Positions 46,815-57,683 of a stretch of DNA of 64,000 nucleotides are shown in pieces. A program made the translations under genes and the position numbers. The stretch lies in the NCBI GenBank assembly GCA_034423575.1, contig DAOUIF010000084.1, positions 2,040 to 66,039 of the forward strand, in the 5' to 3' direction. The notes under the pieces are model-generated. The model did no database searches. It was not told the origin of the DNA and saw only the letters and a list, made by a program, of their open reading frames with translations. The stretch's first letter is position 1; each line of letters starts with the position of its first letter. The stretch comes from Dehalococcoidia bacterium. GTDB taxonomy: Bacteria > Chloroflexota > Dehalococcoidia > Lucifugimonadales > UBA3495.

Positions 46815-48233
46815 ATGGCCGCCAATCATGTGGACACCGTCATAGTGGGCGGGCAGATCGTAACCTCGTCGCAGGTTTATGAGAGTTCCATCGCCATTTC
46901 CGGCGAGAAGATCGTCGCGATTGGCCCGGAAAACTACCTGCCGCCGGCCGACCGGTACATCGACGCTTCCGGCAAGTTCGTGCTTCCTGGGCTGATCGAC
47001 AGCCATGTCCACCTGGACGGCCACGACGATTACGCCCTGGGGTCATTGGCCGCCGCTCACGCCGGCCTGACCACCCTCGTACCCTTCGGTACCTACCAGC
47101 TGGAAGGCGACGAGAGCCTACCGCAGGCTACGCATCGTACCCGCGAAACCGTGGAGCAGTGCGCCCTGACCGATTTCGCCTTTCACTTCATCCTGCAGAA
47201 CCGGCCAAGCATCCTGTCGGGGTTGCCCCAGGCGATCGATCTGGGCGTCAAGTCCTTCAAGATGTTCATGACCTATAAGAAGCGTCCCGGCCGGATGTGT
47301 GACGACGATTACATCTGCGAGGCGATGGACCTGGTGGGACGCAGCGGCGGTGTCCTGCAGCTCCATTGCGAAAGCGGCAACATCATCGAATACCTGGAGA
47401 ACAAACTGCTGGGCGAGGGCCACACTCACCCGACGGATTTTCCGACGGCGTGCCCGGACTGGGCGGAAGAGGAGGCGATCAACCGGGCGGTGAAGATGTC
47501 AGCCGCAACCCGCTGTCCCACCTACGTAGTGCACCTCAGCACACAACTGGGACTGGAGCGGATCAAGCAGGCCCAGAGCCTCGGACAGCGAGTATGGACC
47601 GAGACGTGCCCACAATATCTGCTGCTGTCCGACGCCCAGATGGCTGAGTTCGGGCCGCTGGCCAAGATCGGGCCGCCCCTGCGACCCGAGGACGGCCCCG
47701 ACCGCGACGCGCTGTGGCAGGGGCTGCGCCAGGGCCACGTGTCCATCGTCGCCAGCGACCACTCGCCGCACCCCCGCGAGCTCAAGCAGCCCGGCTGGGA
47801 CAACATCTTCGTGGACTCCAATGGCACGTCCATCCCCTTCGGCTCCCCCGGCATCGAGACGATCGTGCCGTTGATGTACAGCGAGGGCGTGGTCAAGCGC
47901 GGCCTGCCCATCTGGTGGCTGGCCCGGGTCATGGCGGAAAACCCGGCGCGCATCTTCGGCATCTACCCGCGTAAGGGCGTGATCCAGGTGGGTTCCGACG
48001 CCGATTTCCTCATCTTGGACCCCAACGGCGATCGCATCGTCACCGCCAGCGACCACCACAGCAACGCGGGATACACCTTGTTCGAAGGCTGGCGCGTCAA
48101 CGGCCGCCCCTGGATAACCATGCTCCGCGGGCAGGTGCTGCTTCAGGATGGCGAGATCCAGCAGAACCCGGGATACGGGACCTTCATCGAGAGCGGGTCT
48201 CCAGTCGCGCCCCTCGGCGGTCCGGTCGATTAG
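46815..48233 (+). CDS. Dihydropyrimidinase/hydantoinase-family cyclic amidohydrolase
   Basis: PGLIDSHVH, SFKMFM (carbamylated Lys), LHCE, VVHLS, ETCPQY, ASDHSP and NPARIFG. Confidence 0.88.
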   Translation: MAANHVDTVIVGGQIVTSSQVYESSIAISGEKIVAIGPENYLPPADRYIDASGKFVLPGLIDSHVHLDGHDDYALGSLAAAHAGLTTLVPFGTYQLEGDESLPQATHRTRETVEQCALTDFAFHFILQNRPSILSGLPQAIDLGVKSFKMFMTYKKRPGRMCDDDYICEAMDLVGRSGGVLQLHCESGNIIEYLENKLLGEGHTHPTDFPTACPDWAEEEAINRAVKMSAATRCPTYVVHLSTQLGLERIKQAQSLGQRVWTETCPQYLLLSDAQMAEFGPLAKIGPPLRPEDGPDRDALWQGLRQGHVSIVASDHSPHPRELKQPGWDNIFVDSNGTSIPFGSPGIETIVPLMYSEGVVKRGLPIWWLARVMAENPARIFGIYPRKGVIQVGSDADFLILDPNGDRIVTASDHHSNAGYTLFEGWRVNGRPWITMLRGQVLLQDGEIQQNPGYGTFIESGSPVAPLGGPVD

Positions 48234-49277
48234 ATGAAAATCACCGAGGTACGCGCCGTATACCCCAACTACCGGTACGTCGTCCCGTCCTGGCGCACCC
48301 ACTTCTGGCAGATCGTAGTTCGCGTCGAGACGAACGTCGGAGCCGTCGGCCTCGGATACGGCGGTGGCGGAGTGGCGGGCGTGGAAATCGTCAACCGCCA
48401 CTTTCGCGAGCTGTTGCTGGACCGTGAGTTGAGCAGCCCGGCGGAAATCAAGGACACATGGGATTACCTCTACGAACAGTCACTGCCCTACGGGCGCAAG
48501 GGATTGGCGATGATGGCGCTCAGCGGTGTGGACCTGGCCCTCTACGATCTGCTGGCCAAGGCCGAGGACATGCCGGTGTACGAGTTGCTGGGCGGCCGGA
48601 ATACAAACATGCTCGCGTACGCCACGGGGCCGGATTCGGAAGCGTATCGCGACCTCGGCTTCCGCGCCCACAAGTTTCCCCACCGTTGGGCCAGCGACGT
48701 CGACTACGAGACGGCGGTAAGAGCAGCGGAAAACGCCCGGCAGCTATACGGACCGTACGCCCGCCTCATGGTCGATTGCTACATGTCGTGGGATGCGGCA
48801 GTCACTACGCGCATGGCGGACATCCTGGCCGAATACAACCTCTACTGGTATGAGGACGTGCTGACTCCGGACGATCTGGCCGGCCAGGCCGACCTGCGCG
48901 CCGTGGCCGCCCCGACGCTCATCGCCGGCGGCGAGCACGAGTTCACCCACTTCGGTTTTGCTGACATCGCCCGCGCTGACTCCCTTGGCCTGTGGCAGCC
49001 CGATATAACTTGGTGCGGCGGAATCACGGCGGGGCTTCGCATCATCGATCTGGCGCGAGATGCCGGCATTCCAGTTTCGCCCCATCGGGGCGCGGAAGTC
49101 TGGGGTCTGCATCTCATCGCTGCCTCCGACTGGGCGGATTTTGCCGAGTGCCATGCCGACCACATCCGTTCGCCCCGGGATGAACTCTGGCTCAACGAGC
49201 CGGGGCCGGTGGACGGCTATATCGCACCGTCTGACGCCCCCGGGTTCGGGGTCACTATGAATGAGGCAATGCTGTAA
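48234..49277 (+). CDS. Mandelate racemase/enolase-superfamily dehydratase (L-rhamnonate dehydratase-like)
   Basis: PYGRKG, VDLALYDL, YATG, MVDCYMS, WYED, GEHE and QPDITWCGG. Confidence 0.85.
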   Translation: MKITEVRAVYPNYRYVVPSWRTHFWQIVVRVETNVGAVGLGYGGGGVAGVEIVNRHFRELLLDRELSSPAEIKDTWDYLYEQSLPYGRKGLAMMALSGVDLALYDLLAKAEDMPVYELLGGRNTNMLAYATGPDSEAYRDLGFRAHKFPHRWASDVDYETAVRAAENARQLYGPYARLMVDCYMSWDAAVTTRMADILAEYNLYWYEDVLTPDDLAGQADLRAVAAPTLIAGGEHEFTHFGFADIARADSLGLWQPDITWCGGITAGLRIIDLARDAGIPVSPHRGAEVWGLHLIAASDWADFAECHADHIRSPRDELWLNEPGPVDGYIAPSDAPGFGVTMNEAML

Positions 49278-49279
49278 CC

Positions 49280-50452
49280 ATGGCCGGACCGCTCAACGCC
49301 TTCATCCCCGATAGCAACGCTCATGTACCGGGCGTCGATGGCGGACCTCTGTCCGGCCTCACCTTCGCCGCCAAGGACATATTCGACATCGCCGGGCACG
49401 TCACCGGCTGCGGCAATCCCCATTGGCTGGCCACCCACGGGCCCGCCGAGACCAACGCCTGGGTGGTGCAAAAGCTGGTCGACGCCGGCGCTGCCATGGT
49501 GGGCAAGACCATCACCGACGAGCTCACCCGCGGGATATTCGGCGAGAACATGCACTACGGCACGCCGCTGAATCCCAGGGCGCCGGGCCGCGTGCCGGGC
49601 GGGTCGTCCAGCGGATCGGCTTCAGCAGTGGCCGGCCAACTGGTGGATTTTGCCCTGGGCTCGGACACCGGAGGCTCGGTGCGGGTGCCCTCCAGCTTCT
49701 GCGGGCTGTACGGGTTGCGGCCAACGCACGGGCGAATTCCGCTAGAAGGCATGCTGCTCCAGGCCCCGTCGTTCGATACCATCGGCTGGTTTACCCGGGA
49801 CGCGGAGACCTTCGCCCGCGTAGCGACGGTCATCCTGCCGCCGGGCCCTGCAGTTGAACGCCCCCAGCGCCTGGTCATCGCGGAGGACGCCTGGGAACTC
49901 GCCGAGCCGGCCACGCGCCAATCTTTGGAAAACGAGTTGGAAAGGATCGAAGCGCTGTTTGCCTCGTCTTCAACGGTGCGACTTTCGCCAACCAGCCTGG
50001 AGGAGTGGTCGGGTCACCAGCAAATGCTGCAGAGCCGGGAGGCATGGGAGTCGGCCCGGGAGTGGATCGATCAGGTCAATCCGACCTTCAGCTTTGAGGT
50101 CTCCGACCGTTACGCAACTGCGCGCGGAGTGACCGACGAGCAGATCGTCGTCGCACAGGCCGGCCGCGATGCCGTCAACGCGCGCATGAACGAGGTATTC
50201 GACGGCGGCGGCGTGGTGATTTGCCTGCCCACCACGGTGTCCCCGGCTCCACTCATTGGCCAGCGAGTTTCCGAGCGACACACGTTGCGCCTGCGCAACA
50301 GCGCCCTTACATCCGTAGCCGGGAACACCGGCCGGCCGCAGATCAGCTTGCCGTTGGCAGAAGTCGACGGCCTGCCCGTCGGCCTGTCGCTGCTGGGAAA
50401 CTATGGAGCCGACGAGCAACTGATCGAACTGGCGAGGGAGATTATCGGCTAA
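49280..50452 (+). CDS. Amidase-signature family protein
   Basis: AKD, GKT, PGGSSSGSA and GSDTGGSVRVPSSFCG. Confidence 0.92.
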   Translation: MAGPLNAFIPDSNAHVPGVDGGPLSGLTFAAKDIFDIAGHVTGCGNPHWLATHGPAETNAWVVQKLVDAGAAMVGKTITDELTRGIFGENMHYGTPLNPRAPGRVPGGSSSGSASAVAGQLVDFALGSDTGGSVRVPSSFCGLYGLRPTHGRIPLEGMLLQAPSFDTIGWFTRDAETFARVATVILPPGPAVERPQRLVIAEDAWELAEPATRQSLENELERIEALFASSSTVRLSPTSLEEWSGHQQMLQSREAWESAREWIDQVNPTFSFEVSDRYATARGVTDEQIVVAQAGRDAVNARMNEVFDGGGVVICLPTTVSPAPLIGQRVSERHTLRLRNSALTSVAGNTGRPQISLPLAEVDGLPVGLSLLGNYGADEQLIELAREIIG

Positions 50453-50456
50453 CCCG

Positions 50457-52160
50457 TTACTTGTTGAGGACGACGTCGATTAAGGCGATCCGTCCTTGGT
50501 TGACGGCGTCCAGGCCATTTTGAAGCGCCTGGGCCAGGTGACCGGGGTCGTCCACCCGCTCGCCATACCCGCCGAAGGGCTCCACGAGCTTGGAGTAATC
50601 GGGCCCGGGGATGTGGACCCCGTGCCAGATGTCGGAGCGCGCGGCGACGCCATCAGGATAGTAGGCGAGGTGGTTGCCCCGCATGGCCTCGTAGCCCTGG
50701 TTGTTGAACAGCACGGTCATGAAGGGCAGGTTGGCCTCGCCGGCCACGCCGAAGCATTGGGGCACCGGGTTGTACAGGAACCCTCCGTCGCCCATGAGCG
50801 CAACCACCGGCTGGTCGGATTTCGCCAGCTTGACGCCCAGGGCGAGTCCCAGCCCCTGACCCAGGCCGCCGTTGGTCTTGTAGTAACTCTGGGGCCGGTC
50901 CCAGACGACGTGGCGGCCGATGGCGCCCCGATGGGTGGTGACTTCCTCGGAGTACACCACGTTTTCGGGCATGACTTCGCTGAGCACGGCGCACAGCCAT
51001 GCCGGGTCGATGGGCCGGCTGCTGCTGGCAGCGGCTTCGGCCGCGTAGGTCGCTTCGGCCAATCGCTCGTGTTCTTCAGCCCAGCGCTGGCGCCGCGCTT
51101 CGATTGCATCCCGGTGACTGGCCGCCATAGGTTGCAACGCCTCCACCAGCAGGCCCAGGCCCAGGGTGATATCGCCCTCCACATAGCGGTCGGCGAAGAG
51201 GTTCTGGTACACCATGTAATCCTTCACCGTAGTCTCGCCCATAGCCACAACGGTGGCATGTTGCGGGCCGGCCTGGGGTGGATACCAGGGGGCGCGGCTG
51301 GCAGCCAGGATCACCAAGTCGGCCTGCTGCAGGTACCGCTCCGACTGGCCGCCCAGATACAGGGGATGACCCTTGGGGAAATTGGCGTACAGAGGGTTGC
51401 TCTCGACCACGGGAATGGCGAAAAGCTCGGCCAGGGCGACCAGGTTGTTGAAGCCGGCCACATCGCGGCCCGCGCTGTCGGTGATGATCAGCGGTGATCT
51501 GCTGCGGGCGATCAGATCTGCCAGCTCGGCGATGTCCTGATCCGCCGGGCGGATCTTGGGCGCGGACGGCACGGTCCGCAGCTTTTCCGGCGGCGTCCAG
51601 GCGTGCACCATGGTCTCAATAGGAATGTTCATGAAGGACGGCCCCTGGGGAACCCGCTGCGCCACTTCTCCGGCCCGCACCACCTGCTCGTACACCGTGT
51701 GGGGACTGGTGGCCCGACCACTCCATTTGGTGAAAGCGTCGGCGAAACGATCCGGCCCGCCAACCACGCTGAGGTTGCGATACCACTGCCCCTGGGGGTC
51801 GATCTCCGGATCCTCGCCGTAGCTGGTTGCTTCACCGGAACATACCAGCATGGGCACTTCGCCGATCATCGCGCCGTGCACCCCCATGCTGCCCTGGAGC
51901 AAGCCGACCCCGGCGTGCAGCAGGACCGCCTGCATGCGGCCCGTGACCCGGGTGTACCCGCTGGCCATGTTCACGGCCAGGGTCTCATGCCAGCAGTTGA
52001 TGTACTGCGGGCCCGGCGTCTCGTCGACCTTCTGGCGGGCCAGCGCTTCCCATACGGGCGCCCACTCGGAACCGGGTGACGAAATTATGTAATCGACGCC
52101 GAGGTTGCGAAACGCCTCAAGGATGGCTTCGCCGCAGTCTTTCGTGGCGGTGGTAGTCAT
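50457..52160 (-). CDS. Thiamine-diphosphate-dependent enzyme (acetolactate synthase/benzoylformate decarboxylase-like)
   Basis: SPGSEW, HE, LHAGVG and GDGGFLYN...NN TPP motif. Confidence 0.9.
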   Translation of the reverse strand: MTTTATKDCGEAILEAFRNLGVDYIISSPGSEWAPVWEALARQKVDETPGPQYINCWHETLAVNMASGYTRVTGRMQAVLLHAGVGLLQGSMGVHGAMIGEVPMLVCSGEATSYGEDPEIDPQGQWYRNLSVVGGPDRFADAFTKWSGRATSPHTVYEQVVRAGEVAQRVPQGPSFMNIPIETMVHAWTPPEKLRTVPSAPKIRPADQDIAELADLIARSRSPLIITDSAGRDVAGFNNLVALAELFAIPVVESNPLYANFPKGHPLYLGGQSERYLQQADLVILAASRAPWYPPQAGPQHATVVAMGETTVKDYMVYQNLFADRYVEGDITLGLGLLVEALQPMAASHRDAIEARRQRWAEEHERLAEATYAAEAAASSSRPIDPAWLCAVLSEVMPENVVYSEEVTTHRGAIGRHVVWDRPQSYYKTNGGLGQGLGLALGVKLAKSDQPVVALMGDGGFLYNPVPQCFGVAGEANLPFMTVLFNNQGYEAMRGNHLAYYPDGVAARSDIWHGVHIPGPDYSKLVEPFGGYGERVDDPGHLAQALQNGLDAVNQGRIALIDVVLNK

Positions 52161-52163
52161 GGT

Positions 52164-53681
52164 TTAGTCCTCCTGTGCCGGGCCAGTTGCGGGGCGGAGC
52201 GAGGGTTCAGGTTGGGGGCGGGCAGGCACGGCCTGGTCTTCCCGGTGGGTGGGCAGGGCCGACAAAAAGAGCGCGACGGACAATGACCCGATCATGGCGA
52301 AGAAAGCGTACCTCATGCCCAGGGTAAATGCGGCTCCCACGCCGCTGGCCGAACCATGGCGCACTGCATCCAGGCTTGGCTCGTAGCCCATGGACCCCAT
52401 GGTGGCGGTGACGATGGCGGTGGCGACGGCGACGCTCACCACGTTGCCGGCGTTGCGTATCAGATTGACCAGCGCCGAAATGACACCATGGCTTTCCCTT
52501 TCCACCGCGCTGAGAATGGAGCTGGAATTGGGCGAGTAGAATGTGCCCATGCCACTACTGGTGAGCATCAGGCCGGGGATCACCTGGTACAGGGAAGATT
52601 CCGCGGTTGCTTGAGACAGAATGGCGATCCCAGTGGTCGACAGCAACAGCCCCGTCACGGTGAACTTGCGCCAGCCGTAACGGTCCGAAAGTCTCCCGCT
52701 TATCGGTCCCAGAGTAGCCATGCACAGGGCTCCCGGCACCACGCAAAGGCCGGCCACCGTCGGGCTGTAACCCAGTACGTTTTGCAGGTAGAACGGCGTC
52801 ATGAACAGTATTGCCGAGCTGCCGATGAACATTAGGTAGTTGGCCGTCACGCCCAGGAAAAAGTTGCGTCGGCGGAACAGTCGCAGGTTCAGCATGGGGC
52901 CGGCTATGCGGAGTTCCCACCAGATGAACCCGGCAAGCAGAACCACGAAAGCGACGGCTGCGCCGAGGATCGGCGGGGAAGTCCACCCGGTGCGGTGCGC
53001 GTTGGTGATGCCCAACAGCAGCGCCAGCAGCGCGCTGGATGACAAAAACGCTCCCAGCCAGTCGAACCTGCCCTGACCCGGACCGCGAACCGCGCGCGGC
53101 TGGTCGGCGCTGGTTAAAACGGCTACGCACATGGCGATGCTGACCGCGACCATGGGGACAGTGGCGAAGAACACTGATCGCCAACCGAAAGCGTCCACGA
53201 GGAAACCGCCCAGCGCCGGACCGGCCACGGCTCCGGTGCCGACCATGGTCATGATCAGGCCAATCGCTTTGCCCCGCTCGTTGGCAGGGAACGCGCCGAT
53301 CATGATTGCCATTCCCGTGCCCTGCGTCATGGCGGAGCCGGTCCCCTGCACGAGGCGCGCCACGATGAGCACTCCCAGGTCGGTTGAGGTGCCGGCGACT
53401 ATGGACCCGACGATGATCACCGCGGAGCCGATGACGTAGACCCGCTTCGAGGTGATGAGATCCGCCAGCCGGCCCATGGGCAGCAGCAGGGCGATGATCG
53501 TCATGGCATATCCGATCACCAGCCACTGCACGCTGGGAATATCGGTCTGGAAGTAGGTCGCTATGGTCGGCAGGGCCACGCCCACGCTGCCGTGGTCGAC
53601 CACGGACGCGAAGATGCCCACCGCCAGGGTGGCAAAAGCGTACCACTTGTAATGGGGGCTTCGCGACAGCGACGAGATCAC
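52164..53681 (-). CDS. MFS transporter, DHA2 (14-TM) type
   Basis: GRLADL motif A, GPALGG, WRSVF and about 14 hydrophobic helices. Confidence 0.9.
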   Translation of the reverse strand: MISSLSRSPHYKWYAFATLAVGIFASVVDHGSVGVALPTIATYFQTDIPSVQWLVIGYAMTIIALLLPMGRLADLITSKRVYVIGSAVIIVGSIVAGTSTDLGVLIVARLVQGTGSAMTQGTGMAIMIGAFPANERGKAIGLIMTMVGTGAVAGPALGGFLVDAFGWRSVFFATVPMVAVSIAMCVAVLTSADQPRAVRGPGQGRFDWLGAFLSSSALLALLLGITNAHRTGWTSPPILGAAVAFVVLLAGFIWWELRIAGPMLNLRLFRRRNFFLGVTANYLMFIGSSAILFMTPFYLQNVLGYSPTVAGLCVVPGALCMATLGPISGRLSDRYGWRKFTVTGLLLSTTGIAILSQATAESSLYQVIPGLMLTSSGMGTFYSPNSSSILSAVERESHGVISALVNLIRNAGNVVSVAVATAIVTATMGSMGYEPSLDAVRHGSASGVGAAFTLGMRYAFFAMIGSLSVALFLSALPTHREDQAVPARPQPEPSLRPATGPAQED

Positions 53682-53713
53682 GACTGCTTTGCTGAGCGAT
53701 CCAGGGGGCCCGG

Positions 53714-54673
53714 TTACTCGCCGGCGAAAAAGCGTCGGGGATTTTCCACGGTGATCTGGTGAATATCCGCGTCGGACGCTCCCATTTCCTTGAGGCGAGG
53801 CAGCACGTAACGGGGGATGAATTTATAGCCGTCGGGATTGGCCTGTCGCCGTTGCTCCTGTACCTCAGCGCCGTAGCGCGCCTTGGGCACGGAGTAGTCG
53901 TGGGAGAGGAAAATCCTGTGAGTGAAGCCGGCGTCCATCAACGCCTTGGCGACCTCGGTGCGCTGCTCCCAGTCGGGTGTGCCGGGCCGCGTGCCGCCGG
54001 GATAACGATCCAGGCCCAGCCATACCCCCTTATTCAACAGACCCAGCAGGTACTCCAGGTCGGTGTCATCGTTGCTGTGGCCGATGTACACGCGGTCCAG
54101 GTCAACGCCCTCTTCTTCAAGGATGCGCACCTGGGCATCGCCGATGCGTTCGGGCGACCAGGTGTGGGTCGAAATGGGAACTCCGGTGGATTTCTGGGCG
54201 CGCGCGGCGGCGCGCAGCACGTTCTCTTGTGGGGCGGTGATTCCCCCTGCGTCACTGGCTACCTTTATGATGCCGGCCTTGATGCCCGTGCCCTCGATGC
54301 CCTCCTCGATTTCCCGAACGTAAAGTTCGGCGATGACGTCGGGAGAGATTTCGCCGAAGGGCCGCGGCACGGCCAAGTGGTTGCCGGTGGCGACTACCAC
54401 CTGCATGTCACTGCCCAGCGCCACCTCGCGAATCAACTGCACGTCGCGCCCCAGGTCGAAGGTGCTGACGTCGATAACGGTCCGGACACCATCCTCCCGG
54501 ACGGCGCGCATGGCGGCGATGGACTGTCCGCGGATGCCGTCACGGTCGATGATCTCCGGGTAGGTGTGGCGGAGGCCGGCAGCGTTGGTTCCAACGTGCT
54601 CGTGGCTCAGGGTGAACCCCAGGTCGTCGGTATCTATGGGCCCCATCACGCTGTTCACGGTTGCCATTGCCAT
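53714..54673 (-). CDS. Phosphotriesterase-family lactonase
   Basis: TLSHEH, GIKAGIIK, STH, IGHS and LSHD metal ligands. Confidence 0.9.
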   Translation of the reverse strand: MAMATVNSVMGPIDTDDLGFTLSHEHVGTNAAGLRHTYPEIIDRDGIRGQSIAAMRAVREDGVRTVIDVSTFDLGRDVQLIREVALGSDMQVVVATGNHLAVPRPFGEISPDVIAELYVREIEEGIEGTGIKAGIIKVASDAGGITAPQENVLRAAARAQKSTGVPISTHTWSPERIGDAQVRILEEEGVDLDRVYIGHSNDDTDLEYLLGLLNKGVWLGLDRYPGGTRPGTPDWEQRTEVAKALMDAGFTHRIFLSHDYSVPKARYGAEVQEQRRQANPDGYKFIPRYVLPRLKEMGASDADIHQITVENPRRFFAGE

Positions 54674-54862
54674 CCCTCCTGGCCGTGGGCGAATGCGGGT
54701 ATTCTATTACGAATTCCGCTGGGACGATACGAGAGGCCCGACCCCGAAGCATCCGGCTGCGTTGCGTCTACGGCGTTCATTAGCTGCGGTGCGGACGCCC
54801 GTTCGACTTGCTGGGCGATCGTTGGCCCGCCTATATTGGCCGAAACGCATCGGGAGGCAAAC

Positions 54863-55414
54863 ATGCGCACGCCCATTTTGACACGTGACCAGGTTCCGGA
54901 AGAACTGCGGGAGGCATTTGACCACGAGACCGCCGGCTCCGACGGCGTGGTTTCCAGCGGTCCCGGTTCCGCCATGATCAACAGCCCCGAGATGCGGAGG
55001 CGGGCTAATTATCTCGTCAACTACCTGCGGGACGAGTCCTCGCTGCCCAAGAAGATCCAGGAGCTGGCGATGATCCTGACGGCGCGCAACATGGACTGCC
55101 AGTACATCTGGTTCGCTCACTCCGTCCGAGCCAAGGAACAGGGCATCAGCGCGGAGTTCGTTGACAACCTGCGGGACCGCAAAGCTTTGCCGCAACTGCC
55201 TGCAGACGAGCAGACCGTGGTGAACTATGCCACCGAACTGTTCAACAACCACCGCGTCACGGATGCGACCTTCCAGGCCGCCATCGACCAGTTCGGCGCC
55301 TTGAGTCTGACGGAGCTGACGACGCTGTTCGGGTACTACTCGCTCCTGGCCTTCAACGCCAACGCCTTCGATATTGACGTGCCGGACGGCGACGAGCCCA
55401 AGCTGCCAATCTAG
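54863..55414 (+). CDS. Carboxymuconolactone decarboxylase (AhpD-like) family protein
   Basis: LPKKIQELAMILTAR...YIWFAH; gggagg RBS before ATG 54863. Confidence 0.8.
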   Translation: MRTPILTRDQVPEELREAFDHETAGSDGVVSSGPGSAMINSPEMRRRANYLVNYLRDESSLPKKIQELAMILTARNMDCQYIWFAHSVRAKEQGISAEFVDNLRDRKALPQLPADEQTVVNYATELFNNHRVTDATFQAAIDQFGALSLTELTTLFGYYSLLAFNANAFDIDVPDGDEPKLPI

Positions 55415-55474
55415 CAACCCTGTGAACATAGCTGTCGTTGGGCGCATTGATCCGGGCAGGTACTCGTGCGCTGC

Positions 55475-56560
55475 TCAGCGCGGCAGTCGGCTCAGCAGGC
55501 TGACGTACCACCGGGACAGTTGCACGACGAAACCACCCCGGTGATGCAGCCGAGCCGGCGCGGACCGAGCCGGAACGCTCTCAGCGAGCATCGGAGCCAA
55601 CACCCGGTCCTGGAACTGCTCAACCAGCGCGCGATCGTCAGTGCGCAGGACAACCTCCTGCTGCAGGTCATAGGCGACGAAATCGAAATTGCAGCTGCCG
55701 AGGATGAGCTGCGCGCCGTCTATAAGCACGGCTTTGACGTGGCACATTTCCGGTTGATAAAGCAAGACTTCGAGATTGGAGCCGGCGGTCGAGCGGAATA
55801 AGGCCTGCTGCAAGATGGCCTTGTTGTTGTGCGCAGGGTTGATCACCCGAACCCGGACCGATGCCGGGAGCCGTGCGAGGCGCCCCAGCAAGGGATCGGA
55901 AATATAAGGCGTGATCACGTCGACCGATTGTTCGGCCCGACCGATGGCAGCGAAGAGTTCCTCGTATTCCGCTCGGCTGCGGCGGCCGTCCAAGAAGTAG
56001 AGGTCTCCCAAGGGCGTCGGCGCCACCCGCGACGCGTTGACTCCGCTCAGTGTGTCGTAGAAATCCTGGACTAGCGCATCCACCAGGGCCGGGCAATCGG
56101 TTCGCATCATCATGTCGTGCCACCGGAAATTGTGCTCGCTGAGGTTAATGCCGCCCAGGAAAGCCTGATCGTCAACGACCATCATCTTTTTGTGATTGCG
56201 GAAGGGGAACTTGCGCCAAAGGCAACCCATGGGGTTGGTAACGACGATACGCACACCGTCGCGCTCGGACAGGCGGAGCAGGCGGCGCGTATCGCGTACC
56301 TCCCGCCGGAATTCCGTATCCAACAGGAACCTCGGGCTGAACACCAGATCGTCGCTGATTTTCGCCGTGGAAAAAGCGTCCACGCACAATATTTTTTGCT
56401 CCGCCGGCGAATGGACGAGCAGGTCCCAGAAATGACGGCCCACTGAATCCAGATCGAAGGTCATCACCTGGAACAGCACACGGCGACGCGCCTGCAGGAT
56501 GGCCGGCTCTACCTCGGCGACGAACTCTGGGGAATTTACCAGCAGCGTGGTAGCGTGCAC
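55475..56560 (-). CDS. Phospholipase D superfamily protein (cardiolipin-synthase-like)
   Basis: Two HKD motifs: HKKMMVVD...GGINL and HVKAVLID...GSCNFD. Confidence 0.88.
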   Translation of the reverse strand: MHATTLLVNSPEFVAEVEPAILQARRRVLFQVMTFDLDSVGRHFWDLLVHSPAEQKILCVDAFSTAKISDDLVFSPRFLLDTEFRREVRDTRRLLRLSERDGVRIVVTNPMGCLWRKFPFRNHKKMMVVDDQAFLGGINLSEHNFRWHDMMMRTDCPALVDALVQDFYDTLSGVNASRVAPTPLGDLYFLDGRRSRAEYEELFAAIGRAEQSVDVITPYISDPLLGRLARLPASVRVRVINPAHNNKAILQQALFRSTAGSNLEVLLYQPEMCHVKAVLIDGAQLILGSCNFDFVAYDLQQEVVLRTDDRALVEQFQDRVLAPMLAESVPARSAPARLHHRGGFVVQLSRWYVSLLSRLPR

Positions 56561-56563
56561 TGG

Positions 56564-57556
56564 TCAGCGAGACGGGAAACGGACGGCAAGGACGTCCGCG
56601 ATCAAACGCGCGGCCACCTGCGCAGTCAGATCCGACACGTCGTAAGGCGGCGCAACCTCCACCACGTCTAGCGCGACCAGGTTGGAGCGGGCCACCAGGG
56701 CAGTCAGGCAGCGGCGGCACTCCTCGTAATACAGGCCGCCGACTTCCGGCGTTCCGGTTCCGGGGGCCTGCGTCGGGTCGAGGACGTCCACATCGAAGGT
56801 GATGTACAGATTGGACCCGACGGGCAGGCTCTCGGCCACCGCCTCCGGACCCGCGTCCCGAAACTGCCGAGTGGTGACGATGTTGTTGCCGTGGGCCACG
56901 GCTTGCTCGTAGGGAGCGCGACGCACGCTGCGGATGCCCACCGACGAAATGGAGCCGACGTGCTCCAGCTCATGGCAACGGCGAATCGGGCTGCCATGGG
57001 TCAGCAGAGTTCCCTGGTAGTCGTGGGTGTAGTCCAGGTGTGCGTCGAAGTGCACTATGTCCAACGGAGCGAAACAACCCAGGCCGGCCACAGCCGGGAA
57101 GGTGATCGCGTGGTCACCGCCGAGGATCACCGGAAACGCGCCGCGCTCGGCGATCCGCGCCACCACGCCGGCCAAACGCTCGAAATTGTGCACCACATCG
57201 GATGGGTTCACCGTCACGTTGCCGCAGTCTGCCATGGTGATGCCTCGAAGCAGTTCATCTCCGGTGTCGGCGTCGAAAAAGCCCTCGGCGTCCTGTCCCC
57301 GCCCATAAGGGTCAAGGTACGAATAGGCCCGCGGCGCATCCCGCAGCGCATCGGGTCCGTAACGAGCCCCGGGACGTCCGAACGTGCCCTGGTCGAAGGG
57401 CATGCCTATGAACGCGACGTCGGCATCCAGCTGATCGATGTCGGAGCAACGGGGTGTCCGGAACATGGTCCGGGGCCTGAGGTCCAGCGGCGGGACATCG
57501 CCCGAAGACGCATCCGGCAGGTATTGTGGTGCGATATTGAAATTCGAAGCGGTCAT
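56564..57556 (-). CDS. Agmatinase/ureohydrolase family protein
   Basis: GARYGP, GGDHAIT, HFDAHLD, HGSP and FDVDVLDP. Confidence 0.92.
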   Translation of the reverse strand: MTASNFNIAPQYLPDASSGDVPPLDLRPRTMFRTPRCSDIDQLDADVAFIGMPFDQGTFGRPGARYGPDALRDAPRAYSYLDPYGRGQDAEGFFDADTGDELLRGITMADCGNVTVNPSDVVHNFERLAGVVARIAERGAFPVILGGDHAITFPAVAGLGCFAPLDIVHFDAHLDYTHDYQGTLLTHGSPIRRCHELEHVGSISSVGIRSVRRAPYEQAVAHGNNIVTTRQFRDAGPEAVAESLPVGSNLYITFDVDVLDPTQAPGTGTPEVGGLYYEECRRCLTALVARSNLVALDVVEVAPPYDVSDLTAQVAARLIADVLAVRFPSR

Positions 57557-57683
57557 GTCCGTGCAATCATTGTGATGCGAGGCAAGGGCGGTCGGCCACG
57601 GCGTGGGCAGCGTTATGCCCCCCATCCCCCACGCGCCGGCGGTTGTTGATTATACTTGACGGCAACCGACGAAAGAAAAGGAG

